A stretch of DNA of 64,000 bases, from positions 288,001 to 352,000 of the forward strand of contig CAVYNY010000013.1 of NCBI GenBank assembly GCA_963769935.1. Reading direction: 5' to 3'. This DNA comes from an uncultured delta proteobacterium (GTDB lineage Bacteria > Desulfobacterota > Desulfobacteria > Desulfobacterales > JAFDCJ01). The notes below the pieces were generated by a model. The model made no database searches, was not told the origin of the DNA, and was given only the letters and a program-made list of their open reading frames with translations. Shown here piece after piece: positions 20,642 to 30,340 of the stretch; the first letter of the stretch is position 1, and every line of letters starts with the position of its first letter. The translations under genes were made by a program, and so were the position numbers.

Positions 20642-20818
20642 ATATTGAAAATTGAAGATTGAATATTTATGGATTTCAGTCGGTTTAAATTTGAATATTC
20701 TAAATTCTTATCCGCCCTCCTTATTGGTGCATTAGGATTTATTACTCTGGTTTTTTTTGCTTAGCATGCAAAATTAAATCGATAGGATACCGCAAATATT
20801 CAATTTCAATATTCAATC
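20637..20818. repeat. Element with inverted heptamer arms (ATTGAAN) whose outer units contain the stop codons of convergent phaZ and phaR
   Basis: attgaat attgaaa attgaag attgaat at 20637; attcaat ttcaat attcaat at 20798-20817. Confidence 0.8.
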
Positions 20819-21280
20819 TTCATTCTCCTTAGTTGGCGGTTTCGATTCGCCGAATTGATCGAAAAACGCCTGAAAGGGATTGAGTCGGGTCAATGACTGC
20901 TGCGCCATTCCCGAAAGATCCATCCCCACTTCCAGCCATTTTTTAAATTGCTCATCAGCCTTGCTTTTATACGACACGTAGGATTTGATGGTCTGTTCGA
21001 GGTAATTCTCAAAAAATTCATGCAGCACATTCTCGCCGTATCAAATAATCATGTGCAGTAGGGGCACTGGCAACAAGGCATTATTATTTTTAGCCTCTTC
21101 CAAAATGATCTGCGTCAGGACAAAGGCCGTCACATCCTCTTTGGTCTTGGCGTCAATCGCTTGGATCGTTTTACCCTGCCGGATGATGTCGGCCACTTCG
21201 CTCAGGGTCACATAGGCGCTTTTTTGGGTGTCATACAGGCGCCGGTTGGCATATTTTTTCAGCACGATCCTGTCATTCAT
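20813..21280 (-). pseudogene. phaR: PHA synthesis repressor PhaR interrupted by a single in-frame TGA (21041-21043)
   Basis: KKYANRRLYDT..S.YVTL, DAKTKEDVTAFVLTQII; reads LLHMII*YGENVLHEFFENYLE in one frame. Confidence 0.85.
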
Positions 21281-21451
21281 ATCAATCCCCGGAATCCTTT
21301 CATTTTATGGTCCAACTGCAACAAAAACAATATTTTCAAATTATCAAATAAAAATTTTCGGATTGCTATATATAAAATTTATATTAATTATAGTGTATTA
21401 TAACTATCCTCTATTTGAAAAGCAACACATAACCATGAAAATATTATTTTG

Positions 21452-21497
21452 TGCAATGCAAAAATTTTATTGACAAGGTTTAAAAACCGTTTATATT
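21452..21497 (+). promoter_or_regulatory. Sigma-70-like promoter of the phasin-like gene with adjacent TGC-N3-GCA candidate PhaR operator
   Basis: TGCAATGCA 21452-21460; TTGACA 21470-21475, 16 bp, TATATT 21492-21497. Confidence 0.55.
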
Positions 21498-21592
21498 AAT
21501 CGCAAGGTCGGATGCAACAAAATTCGATTGGGAGGAAGTACTCATAACATGTTCGCAGAAACAATTGCAAAACAAATGATGGGAGGTAAAAA

Positions 21593-21865
21593 ATGATGGA
21601 ACCGAATGTATTGCTAAAACAAATGTTGGATTTTAACAAAACCGCCTTCGACAACAGCTTTAGTGCGATGTTGATGATTCAGGAGCAAAATGCCAAAATG
21701 GTAAACACCTTTCTGGAGCAGGCCGCCTGGATGCCCGAAGAAGGCAAAAAACTCATCCGGAACTGGGTTGATGTTTACAAAAAGGGATGTGAAGACTTCA
21801 AGAAAGCCGCCAATGAAAATTATAAAAAGGTGGATGAATTTTTCGCAGGCCAAAAGTCCGAATAA
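21593..21865 (+). CDS. Phasin-like small amphipathic helical protein
   Basis: 90 aa, helical amphipathic pattern, GGGAGG RBS, divergent from phaR. Confidence 0.6.
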   Translation: MMEPNVLLKQMLDFNKTAFDNSFSAMLMIQEQNAKMVNTFLEQAAWMPEEGKKLIRNWVDVYKKGCEDFKKAANENYKKVDEFFAGQKSE

Positions 21866-21906
21866 TCCATGATGACGGCACACGGGATGACGAAAGGGAA
21901 TGGGAT

Positions 21907-23525
21907 ATGAATGCACATATTGACGATACGACCGGTAAAATTTTGGCGCGATCTTCCGGAATACCAGCGCCAGATGCTTCAACTCGCCGCAGCACAAATG
22001 CGAACCGGTGTGGTCATACGGCAGCGCTCTTGTCAAGTATCACCATGAATTCATGCAGCCCTTCTGGATCGCACTGGACGCGTTCTTAACCACGGAAAAA
22101 GAAAAACTCCTGCGTCATCCTCCTGCCGATAGTATGCGGGACTATTTTGAGCTTTTGCAGTTCAACCTTCAGGTGGCCGAGAAGGGATTCCATAGCGGTC
22201 TGAACGCCATGCTGGACTACCACGGCGCCAGGACCAATAAAGCCATGCAGGCATGGCTGAATACCATCTTCAAGCGTGAAGGAGAGACGATTGTCGATTT
22301 TACCGAAAATGAGGCCCGGTTGCTGGAGACCCTCCTTTACGACTATCCTGAAAGCCATTCGCGCCATAAAACCCGAATACGGCTTCCACTTCGATAACGG
22401 CGGCTACGTCAAAGCCGGCGAAACGGACCGCTTTCTGGTATATCAGGTGTTGCCGACCAACCACGAGGGTGTCAGAGAGAACGGCAAACCGGTTCTCATC
22501 GTGCCGCCTTATGTTCTGGGGGCCAACATCCTGGCATTTTTACCCGGGGAAAACAAAAGCTATGTGCATGCCTATGCCAATCAGGGGATCCCCACCTACA
22601 TTCGCATTCTCAAAGATATCGCTGCGACGCCGGCCGTGCAAACCCTCACCGGAGAACAGGATGCGCTGGATACCCGCACATTTTGTGAGATCATTAAAAA
22701 AAGGCACGGGCAACCCGTCACCCTGAACGGCTTCTGCCAGGGGGGATTTGTAGCTATGACCGGCCTGCTGTCCGGCGAACTGGACGACCTGGTGGATGCC
22801 TTGATTACCTGCGTGGCGCCCATGGACGGCACCCGCAGCAAAGCCCTGGTGGAGTACATGCAGCACCTTCCGCCGCGTTTCAAAGACCTGGGCTATGCCG
22901 TCAAACCATTGCCCAACGGCAACCGCGTCGTGGACGGCAAGGTTATGAGCTGGGTTTACAAGCTGAAAAGCATGGAAAATGAAGCGCCGTTGTATACCCT
23001 GTATCGAGACTTGAAAATGTTTCGACAACGCGGTACCGCGGACCGGCCAAAATCAGCAAAACGGCGGCCGCCATCAACAATTGGTTAATTTATGACCGCA
23101 ATGACCTGCCCGAAGCGATAACCAAAATGAGTTTCGATTCCTATACCATCCCGGTGGATCGCCAAGGCAACCTGCCCTTCAAGCTGTTCGACCGCAGCCT
23201 GAATTTCAAGCGTCTGCAGGAAAAAAACATCCCGTTTCTCATTTGCTATGGTGAAAAAGACGACCTGGTGGATAAGGAAGCCGCCTTGGCGCCGCTGGAT
23301 TACATCCCGGCCGAAGTTACCTGTTTTCCCAAAGGCCACGGCGCAATTGCCACCTCCTGGTCGCAGCCTGATTCCGCCTGTGCCCTGCACACCCGATTCG
23401 GCGACAACTACCGCGGTCCGGTCCGCTTTCATTTGGACCTTGAGAACGGTATCAGCGCGAAACCGATCCAGGATGACATATCTTTGATTTCACACCAAAG
23501 TGAGTGGTGTTTGCCGATCGGATAG
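21907..23525 (+). CDS. Divergent PHA-synthase-like alpha/beta hydrolase (second PhaC-like), several frameshifts
   Basis: Pieces from 21907, 22008..22397, 22276..23088, 23127..23525; PVLIVPPYVL, NGFCQGG (Cys), YGEKDDLV (Asp), KGHGAI (His). Confidence 0.7.
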
Positions 23526-23563
23526 ACCCCATGGAATAATGGAATGTTGGGAATCAAAAGCCG

Positions 23564-24040
23564 ATGGACAGACAATTCTTAGAATTCTGGGGCAATTACC
23601 TGCTGGCGGCTGCCAGAGGACAAAAGCAGCTGGAGGATCTGAATCAATGGATTCGGCCAGGGATTCAGCGGATTTGAAGAATTGACCGCCATGTTCAAAA
23701 AGTTTTACGGCCTCGAGCAGCCCCGCACTGAAGACTCGGATACAACGCAAGGCGTGGCAGAATGCGGCGGCCGACTTTCGCAACTCCTTCAATGCCTATT
23801 TGAATCTGATGGGTCTGGTCCCAAAAGACAAATACCGGGCGCTGGAACAAAAGTGTACCACGCTGCAAAAAAAAGTCGCTGAACAGGAGGATACCATCAA
23901 GGTCGCTGAGAAAACTGCTGGCCGAGGAGGGCACCTATCAGGGCGAGACCGTCAAGGTTTTTCAGGATCTGGTGAAAAAGCAGGCGGACGCATTTGAGGC
24001 GTTAATGAAAAGTATAGCGCCAGCGGCTAAAGAAGAATAG
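23564..24040 (+). CDS. Small PhaE-like coiled-coil protein, frameshifted
   Basis: Reconstructed MDRQFLEFWGNYLLAAARGQKQLEDLNQWIR...FKKFYGL...YLNLMGLVPKDKYRALEQKCTTLQKKVAEQE...SIAPAAKEE*. Confidence 0.5.
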
Positions 24041-24062
24041 TGAACTTTTCTCCCCCGTCCAA

Positions 24063-25109
24063 TCAAAACCACGAGCGATGGCTCCAGATATCGTCTTTTA
24101 GCTCTTTCATGTCATCCTGCAGCGCCAGATACATTGAAGCATTCTGGATCGCCAGGCCGCCGGTTTGGGCCAAGGCGTTGACCAGCAGGATGATATCTTC
24201 AGGATAGCTGCGTTTGACGGCACTGCAAAGCCGCATGATTCCGATGACCTCCTCCTTGACCTTGATGGGAACCACCAGCATGGAAGCAATACCCTCCCGC
24301 ATGACCTCATCCCGGTATTGGATTCGCTCATCATTGGCGACATCATCGATGATGACCGTCTCGCCTTGCATGGCCTTGGTGACGGACTTTTCGGCCGACA
24401 GCGGGCCCTTGTTTAAAAATTCTTCGCTCAAGCCGTGGCTGGCCACCAGCTGCAGATTGCCGGTCTCCTTATTCAGGAGACGGATGACGACCCCTTGCAT
24501 GCCCAAGGCTTCGCTGAGGTCCACTGTCAGGTTGTGAAAGATCTTCTTAACATCCAGGGAAGAGTTGATGTTGGAGGCCAGGTCCAAAAAGAGCATGGAG
24601 TTTTTCTGAATACGCTCCAGCAGACGGGCCCTTTGGATGGCCATACCGCCTTGTTCGGCCAGGGCGGTTAAAAATTCGATTTCATCGGTGGAAAAATCTC
24701 GTACGTCGGCAGTGTATAACGCCAGCACGCCGATCACCTTGTCTCTGACCATCACCGGCACATCCAATATGGAGGCAATGCCATCGGCTTTCTTGGCTGC
24801 ATGGTTTTCAACGCGCGGATCAGAGGTTGCATCACGAATGGCAAGATAGCCGCCTTTTAAGACGGCCAGTACGATGGCTTTGGCCCGCAGGGGTTTGGCG
24901 TGCAGGTAGTCGTCCGAAAGTCCCTTTTGCGCCGTCGGAACGAAAACATCTCGTTTTTCATCAGCCAGAAACAGGCAGGCTGCTTTGGCATTCATCGTTT
25001 CAATGGCGCTTTCTACAATCAGATCCAGAATCTTTTCCTTGGAAAGTGTTGATCCGAAGGCTTTGCTCACCTTGCAGAATGTTCTGAAATAATCCTTCTC
25101 TTTTGTCAT
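24063..25109 (-). CDS. Tandem GAF-GAF protein without output domain
   Basis: Two GAF repeats (GLSDDYL/GLSEEFL; SILDVPV/SMLVVPI); ATGA overlap with the phaC stop. Confidence 0.85.
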   Translation of the reverse strand: MTKEKDYFRTFCKVSKAFGSTLSKEKILDLIVESAIETMNAKAACLFLADEKRDVFVPTAQKGLSDDYLHAKPLRAKAIVLAVLKGGYLAIRDATSDPRVENHAAKKADGIASILDVPVMVRDKVIGVLALYTADVRDFSTDEIEFLTALAEQGGMAIQRARLLERIQKNSMLFLDLASNINSSLDVKKIFHNLTVDLSEALGMQGVVIRLLNKETGNLQLVASHGLSEEFLNKGPLSAEKSVTKAMQGETVIIDDVANDERIQYRDEVMREGIASMLVVPIKVKEEVIGIMRLCSAVKRSYPEDIILLVNALAQTGGLAIQNASMYLALQDDMKELKDDIWSHRSWF

Positions 25110-26318
25110 ACAATATCTCCTCGCAGTTGGGATCGTGAGCTGCTCTTTCTTGGCCGGGTTGAAGGCTTATTTTTTGCTGCAGCCTTGCGGGAATCTCCTT
25201 TGGCAGAGGCTGGTTTCTTTTTCCGGCGCCCGTCATCTTCCGTATCCCGATCCATAAGCCATGCGGCTATCTTCGGTGCAAATTCCTTCTGGCACTTCGA
25301 ACTCACATAGATGCCGATGTGACCGGTATCCAGGCACACATCTTCGGTATCGCGGCTGCCGACTTTGCGAGGTCAGCAGCTCGCAGGCCGCGGGTGGCAC
25401 CAGATGATCAAACTTGCCGTAGAAATTCAACAGCGGCATCGTGATATTTTTCAAGTCGACCCGGCGTCCCCCGACCTCCATCTGGTTTTGAATCAACAGG
25501 TTCTTTTGATAGCAATCTTTGACAAACTGGCGAAATGTTTCGCCGGGTACGTCCGGACTGTCAAATATCCATTTTTCCATGCGAATGAAATTTTCGACAA
25601 ATGTTTTGTCGTCCATGCCCTCCAAAAAGCCGACGTATTTATCGATCATCAATCGCGCCGGGTTCAGCAGCAAAAACCCGAAGTTTAAAAAGTCGCCCGG
25701 CATATTGCCGAAGGTATCCACCATCCGGTCCGCATCCACATTTTTCATCCAGATGTGCAGCAATCCCTGATCGGTGTCAAAATTGGTGGGGGTGACGGTG
25801 GTCACCAGATTTTTTAATTTTTCGGGATGCAGCGCAGCATAAATGACGCTGAAGGTGCCGCCCATACAGATTCCCATCAGGTTGATTTTGTCCACCTTAT
25901 GCCGGGCACGAATGAAATCAACCATATTGTCCATATAGCCGTTGACGTGGTCGTCAATGGTCAGAAACTTATCTTTGCGGGTCGGATAGCCCCAATCAAC
26001 CATATACAGATCGATGCCGAAATCCTGAAAGATTTTCACGACGCTGCGCCCCGGCTGCAGATCGAGCATGGTTTCCCGGTTGATCAGGGCGTAAACCACC
26101 AGCAGCGGCCGCCTTAGTTTTGGCGCCTGATTTGGCTGATAATATTTCAGTTTGACACGATCTTCTTCATAGACAATATCGTAGGGCGTCTTAGCGATGC
26201 CGGTGTCCAACTCCTGGAGTAAAACATCGGAAGCTTTCTGAACACGGGTGCGGGCCTTCTCGGCGTCTTCGGCCAGTCTGGTGAGAATTAAGTCAACGGG
26301 GATTTTGGGTTTTTCCAT
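25106..26318 (-). CDS. phaC: Class III PHA synthase subunit PhaC, one frameshift near 25370
   Basis: PLLVVYALINR..MLDLQPGRS, LMGICMGG, RMEKWIFDSPDVPGE, DHLVPP, then TGHIGIYVS in the next frame. Confidence 0.93.
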
Positions 26319-26347
26319 TATATTCCCCCCTTGCCTGTCAACCTGTT

Positions 26348-27268
26348 TTAGGCTGTGGGTAACTGCTGTTTCTGAGAATCTGATTGCAACGTATATTTTT
26401 CTTTTTCCAGGATTTTAATCCTTTTTTTCAGCTGATACATTTCTTTGTAAAGTTCATCGAGTTCATTTTGAGTCGGCACCGCCATGGCCTTTAAAATATC
26501 CTGGCCAATGGCATTGCGCGCTTCAACAAAATCTTCAAGGGCACCCAGGGTGTTTCCCATGATCTTTACATAGTCGGGGGATTTGAACAGGGACATGTAA
26601 TGTCCTTCCAGAATTTTTATATATACCTTATAAAAGTCGTTCGAATTTTCGGGCAATTTCCCTTCCCGCGCCATGTCGGATAGTTGCTCCTGAAAAACCT
26701 TGAAAGATTTTTCGACCGGCAGCAGGATCAGATGCATAAACTCCGCATACTGGGACTGAAAGCGGTTGTGTTTGTCCAGCGTCGCGTTGATTTTTTCCTG
26801 ATAGAATCGGGTGAGCCCAAGCTGGGGGATATGAAAAAATTGCCGGAACTCCTTTTCGTAAATTTCCGTCCAGGCCTTGAAGACCTCTTCATCGAGATTG
26901 TCAAAGTTAAAGGCGCGGGTCGATTCACCGATTCGGCCGGCCTTTTCCAGCCACTGCTGCTGAAGATAAAAATAGCTTCTCCACCCGGCCTCGACGATTT
27001 GCAGCAAAAATTGCGGCATCGCCCGGCCCAGATTGGAAAACGCTTCCATGGCGCCGGAATCCCCGGCGACCGATGAAAGCGTCTGCCAGGAGCTAAACAC
27101 CGTTTCAAAGGATTCCTGTGTACGGCTTTTCTCACCCTTTGCGGAATCGTCACCGGCCGCATCCTTTTTCGCCCAGTTCTGAAGCATGGAACCCCAGAAA
27201 TCCGCCGCGGATTTGATCCAGGCCGACAGCAAGGTATCGGCGGCTTGATTACCTTTTTGATTATCCAT
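26348..27268 (-). CDS. phaE: Class III PHA synthase subunit PhaE
   Basis: Start MDNQK at 27268; IPQLGLTRFYQE, VPTQNELDELYKEMYQLKKRIK; directly upstream of phaC. Confidence 0.9.
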   Translation of the reverse strand: MDNQKGNQAADTLLSAWIKSAADFWGSMLQNWAKKDAAGDDSAKGEKSRTQESFETVFSSWQTLSSVAGDSGAMEAFSNLGRAMPQFLLQIVEAGWRSYFYLQQQWLEKAGRIGESTRAFNFDNLDEEVFKAWTEIYEKEFRQFFHIPQLGLTRFYQEKINATLDKHNRFQSQYAEFMHLILLPVEKSFKVFQEQLSDMAREGKLPENSNDFYKVYIKILEGHYMSLFKSPDYVKIMGNTLGALEDFVEARNAIGQDILKAMAVPTQNELDELYKEMYQLKKRIKILEKEKYTLQSDSQKQQLPTA

Positions 27269-27495
27269 GAGATATAGCCTTAGTGCAAAGCGGTTGATAA
27301 TTTTGCCCGGGTGTCGCGGCGGTGGGTCGCTGAAAGGCGCCGCAACATTTCCCAATGGAACTCAGACGCCTGCCACGCAGCAATTGGCCAGAATTAGCCA
27401 AAATAAGGACCGGATAAATTGAAATGTTGAATTGGATTCCGATATCAATTACCCCCCGCTATCAGGACCCAATTTGAAAATATAAGATAATATAG

Positions 27496-27523
27496 AAGTT
27501 AACAAAGTCTACGGGATTGTCAA
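27496..27523 (-). promoter_or_regulatory. Candidate sigma-70 promoter for phaEC-GAF
   Basis: TTGACA, 16 bp, TAACTT on the minus strand. Confidence 0.45.
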
Positions 27524-27628
27524 CTGTGATTTTTAGTGCAGGTTCTGAAGTTTTTAGTAGCATCTCGATCCAATGAATGATAATTTTCATTAGATCAGGT
27601 GAAGTTTTATCGCTTCGAGGTTCGATAA

Positions 27629-29185
27629 ATGAAAACAGCCAGTATATTCAATGATGTCATCGGCCCGGTGATGCGAGGGCCGTCGAGTTCCCACAGCGCC
27701 GCCGCGGTCAGAATCGGCCTCATCGCCCGGGCATTGATGGACGGCATGATCGAGGACGTGCTGGCCGAATTTGATGAGACCGGCTCTTTGGCCACCACCC
27801 ACGAATCCCAGGGTTCCGATATGGGCCTTGGCGGCGGCCTTCTCGGCTGCGAGACTTCCGATCCAAGGCTGTTGGATTATCAGAACGAGTTGGACAAAGC
27901 CGGCATTAAGATCCGGTACGTGTACGGATCCTATGGCGACTCCCATCCCAATACCTACCGGCTGACCCTTAAAAGTTTCAGCGAAACGCACTGTCTGATA
28001 GCCGTCTCCACCGGCGGGGGCATGATCGAGGTGCAGGAAATCGACGGCCACCCGGTTTCAATCGGCGGCGACCTGCACGAAACCCTGGTTTATTATAAAA
28101 ACAAAGGGCAGCCCGTCATCGCGCAGCTTCAAAATTTAATGCCGCATGCCGTTCTGAGCTTAAAAAAGGGCGGCGTCCAAAATTTCATCCACTGCCGGGC
28201 GCATGCGCCGATAAGCGCCGACGCGCTGGCGGCGGTTCAGGCCGAGCAGAATGTTATCGCCGTAAAACGCATTGCGCCGGTCCTGCCGGTTCCCTCTCCC
28301 GGCAAGCCGATCATTCCGTTTTCAACCTGCCGGGAGATGCTGTCATACAACCGGCACCGAAAAATGAGCCTGGCCGACCTGGCCGTTCAATATGAATGCG
28401 GCCGAGGGGCCATGAACCGGGATGATGTTACCGGCAAGATGACCGAGATTGTCGCAATTATCAGCGCGTCGATTCAGCAGGGCTTAAAGGGCACCATTTA
28501 TCCGGACCGCATCCTGGGCTGCCAATCCGGCCGGTTCAGGCAGAGTCTTGAATCGAATCGCTTGTTGGAGGCCGGCATTCTGAACCGTGCCATCCTGTAT
28601 GTGACCTGCCTGATGGAAGTTAAAAGTTCGCTGGGGGTCATCGTTGCAGCGCCCACCGCGGGTTCCTGCGGCGCACTGCCCGGAACTATTCTGGCGGCAG
28701 CCGAAGCTATGAATTGCAGTGCAAAGGACACGGCCGCGGCTTTGCTGGCGGCCGGGTTGATCGGAATCTTCATAACCGGCGCGGCGACCTTCGCTGCCGA
28801 GGTGGGCGGCTGCCAGGCCGAATGCGGCGCCGGTTCAGGCATGGCTGCGGCCGCTCTGGTTCAGCTTATGGGCGGATCCGTGGAAACAGCCGTCGCGGCG
28901 GCTTCCATGGCGCTGCAGAATATTTTCGGCATGGTTTGCGATCCGGTTGCCAATCGGGTCGAAGTCCCCTGCCTGGGTAAAAACGTAATGGCGGCCGGCA
29001 ATGCCATTGCGTGCGCCAATATGGCAATGGCGGGATTTGATCCGGTCATACCGCTGGACGAAGTCATTGCCGCCATGAATACTGTCGGTCGAAGCATCCC
29101 CTCTGAACTCAGATGCACCGGTCGCGGCGGGTTGTCCGTCACCCGAACCTCCATAGCAATAAAAAAACGGTTTGCGGAAAACTGA
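27629..29185 (+). CDS. sdaA: L-serine ammonia-lyase, iron-sulfur dependent, fused beta+alpha chains
   Basis: IGPVMRGPSSSH, HPNT, STGGG, IVAAPTAGSCG, GGCQAECG, CDPV..VEVPC. Confidence 0.9.
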   Translation: MKTASIFNDVIGPVMRGPSSSHSAAAVRIGLIARALMDGMIEDVLAEFDETGSLATTHESQGSDMGLGGGLLGCETSDPRLLDYQNELDKAGIKIRYVYGSYGDSHPNTYRLTLKSFSETHCLIAVSTGGGMIEVQEIDGHPVSIGGDLHETLVYYKNKGQPVIAQLQNLMPHAVLSLKKGGVQNFIHCRAHAPISADALAAVQAEQNVIAVKRIAPVLPVPSPGKPIIPFSTCREMLSYNRHRKMSLADLAVQYECGRGAMNRDDVTGKMTEIVAIISASIQQGLKGTIYPDRILGCQSGRFRQSLESNRLLEAGILNRAILYVTCLMEVKSSLGVIVAAPTAGSCGALPGTILAAAEAMNCSAKDTAAALLAAGLIGIFITGAATFAAEVGGCQAECGAGSGMAAAALVQLMGGSVETAVAAASMALQNIFGMVCDPVANRVEVPCLGKNVMAAGNAIACANMAMAGFDPVIPLDEVIAAMNTVGRSIPSELRCTGRGGLSVTRTSIAIKKRFAEN

Positions 29186-29530
29186 TCCCGACCAGGTCAG
29201 GACAGGCGGTGATATCTTCCTTCAGGCCGGCCGGAACAGTTCACTCACCCGGCCGGAGAAGATTCATTTGACAATGCCGCCTGCTTTTGCCACTATAAAG
29301 ACGCCAGGCACGCTGAATCCTGCCTGCAGGGGTCCTGAAATTTCTGCGCGACTCGATCTCTCTGCTGCACCGCTTCCCGTCGATTGACCGACTGCTGTTT
29401 AAGCTGGATCTCATTTCCAATTATTTTATTGGACTAATCACCAATTGACCCATCAGTTTATTGGTTTTATTTTAATGGAAGCGAATTCGATTCCTGAAAT
29501 ACGTCAAACCGGTAAAACAAGGAGGATGAA

Positions 29531-30082
29531 ATGAGAAATTTACAGCTCAATTATGAGACGCTCATCAAGATAACCAAATCCCTGTCCAAATCGAAAAACC
29601 CGGAAGAAATCATCAAAATGACGGTTGAAAGCATTAAATCATCTTTAGGCATCAAAGGTTGCGCACTGTTTTTGATCAATGGTCAGACAAAGGATCTGGA
29701 AATAGCGGCATCCGCAGGACTCAGCGAGGAGTATTTGAACAAGGGCACGGTCAGCGCCCTGCGATCCATTGCCGATTCGCTGAAAGAAGGACCCGTTGCG
29801 GTCTATGACGTCAGCGATGATCCCCGCATCCAATATCCCGAAGCCGCCAAAAAGGAAGGCATTGCTTCCATTCTTTCCGTACCGATTCTGCTGGGCGATG
29901 ATGCCATCGGGGCCATCCGGGCCTATACGGCCGATAAATGGGAATTTACCCTGGATGATGTGAATTTCGTGCAAGCCTTAGCCCAGATCGCCGGCATCCT
30001 GATCGAGATGACCCGGCTCCACCAAGGCCAGAATGAACACATTGAAGCCTTGGCGACGATGTGTTCATCGCCGAATCTGTAG
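29531..30082 (+). CDS. Stand-alone GAF domain protein
   Basis: GLSEEYLNKG, DVSDDPRIQYP..AKKEGIASILSVPI; paralogous to the GAF repeats of 24063..25109. Confidence 0.85.
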   Translation: MRNLQLNYETLIKITKSLSKSKNPEEIIKMTVESIKSSLGIKGCALFLINGQTKDLEIAASAGLSEEYLNKGTVSALRSIADSLKEGPVAVYDVSDDPRIQYPEAAKKEGIASILSVPILLGDDAIGAIRAYTADKWEFTLDDVNFVQALAQIAGILIEMTRLHQGQNEHIEALATMCSSPNL

Positions 30083-30151
30083 CCAAAAGCGATGCAGCGC
30101 TTCTAACGTTCATTCGTCCCTCGGAAGGACTGAATCCAACCCTAAGTATAC

Positions 30152-30302
30152 GGAGTAATGGAGTGTTGGAGTGCTGCTGACCCTGGTTTTTGATCGAATT
30201 TCCAGGTATAACGATAGCCGCATCGAATCGGCCGATCACAACCTATAGTTGGAATAAAGGATCTCTGCCAATACTCCAAGACTCCGATACTCCAAGACTC
30301 CA
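30152..30302. repeat. Element with inverted octamer arms (GGAGTRNT...CAAKACTC)
   Basis: ggagtaat ggagtgtt ggagtgct; caatactc caagactc cgatactc caagactc. Confidence 0.8.
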
Positions 30303-30340
30303 TACAATTTTTATAGGTTCAACCAATCCAGGAGGCCGCT

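Noticed and set aside
21041..21043. Selenocysteine codon in phaR
   Set aside because: The position is Arg-like, not Cys, in PhaR; no convincing SECIS hairpin follows
21907..25380. Programmed ribosomal frameshifting in PHA genes
   Set aside because: No slippery heptamers at the traced breaks; too many breaks per gene; same pattern in ABC genes
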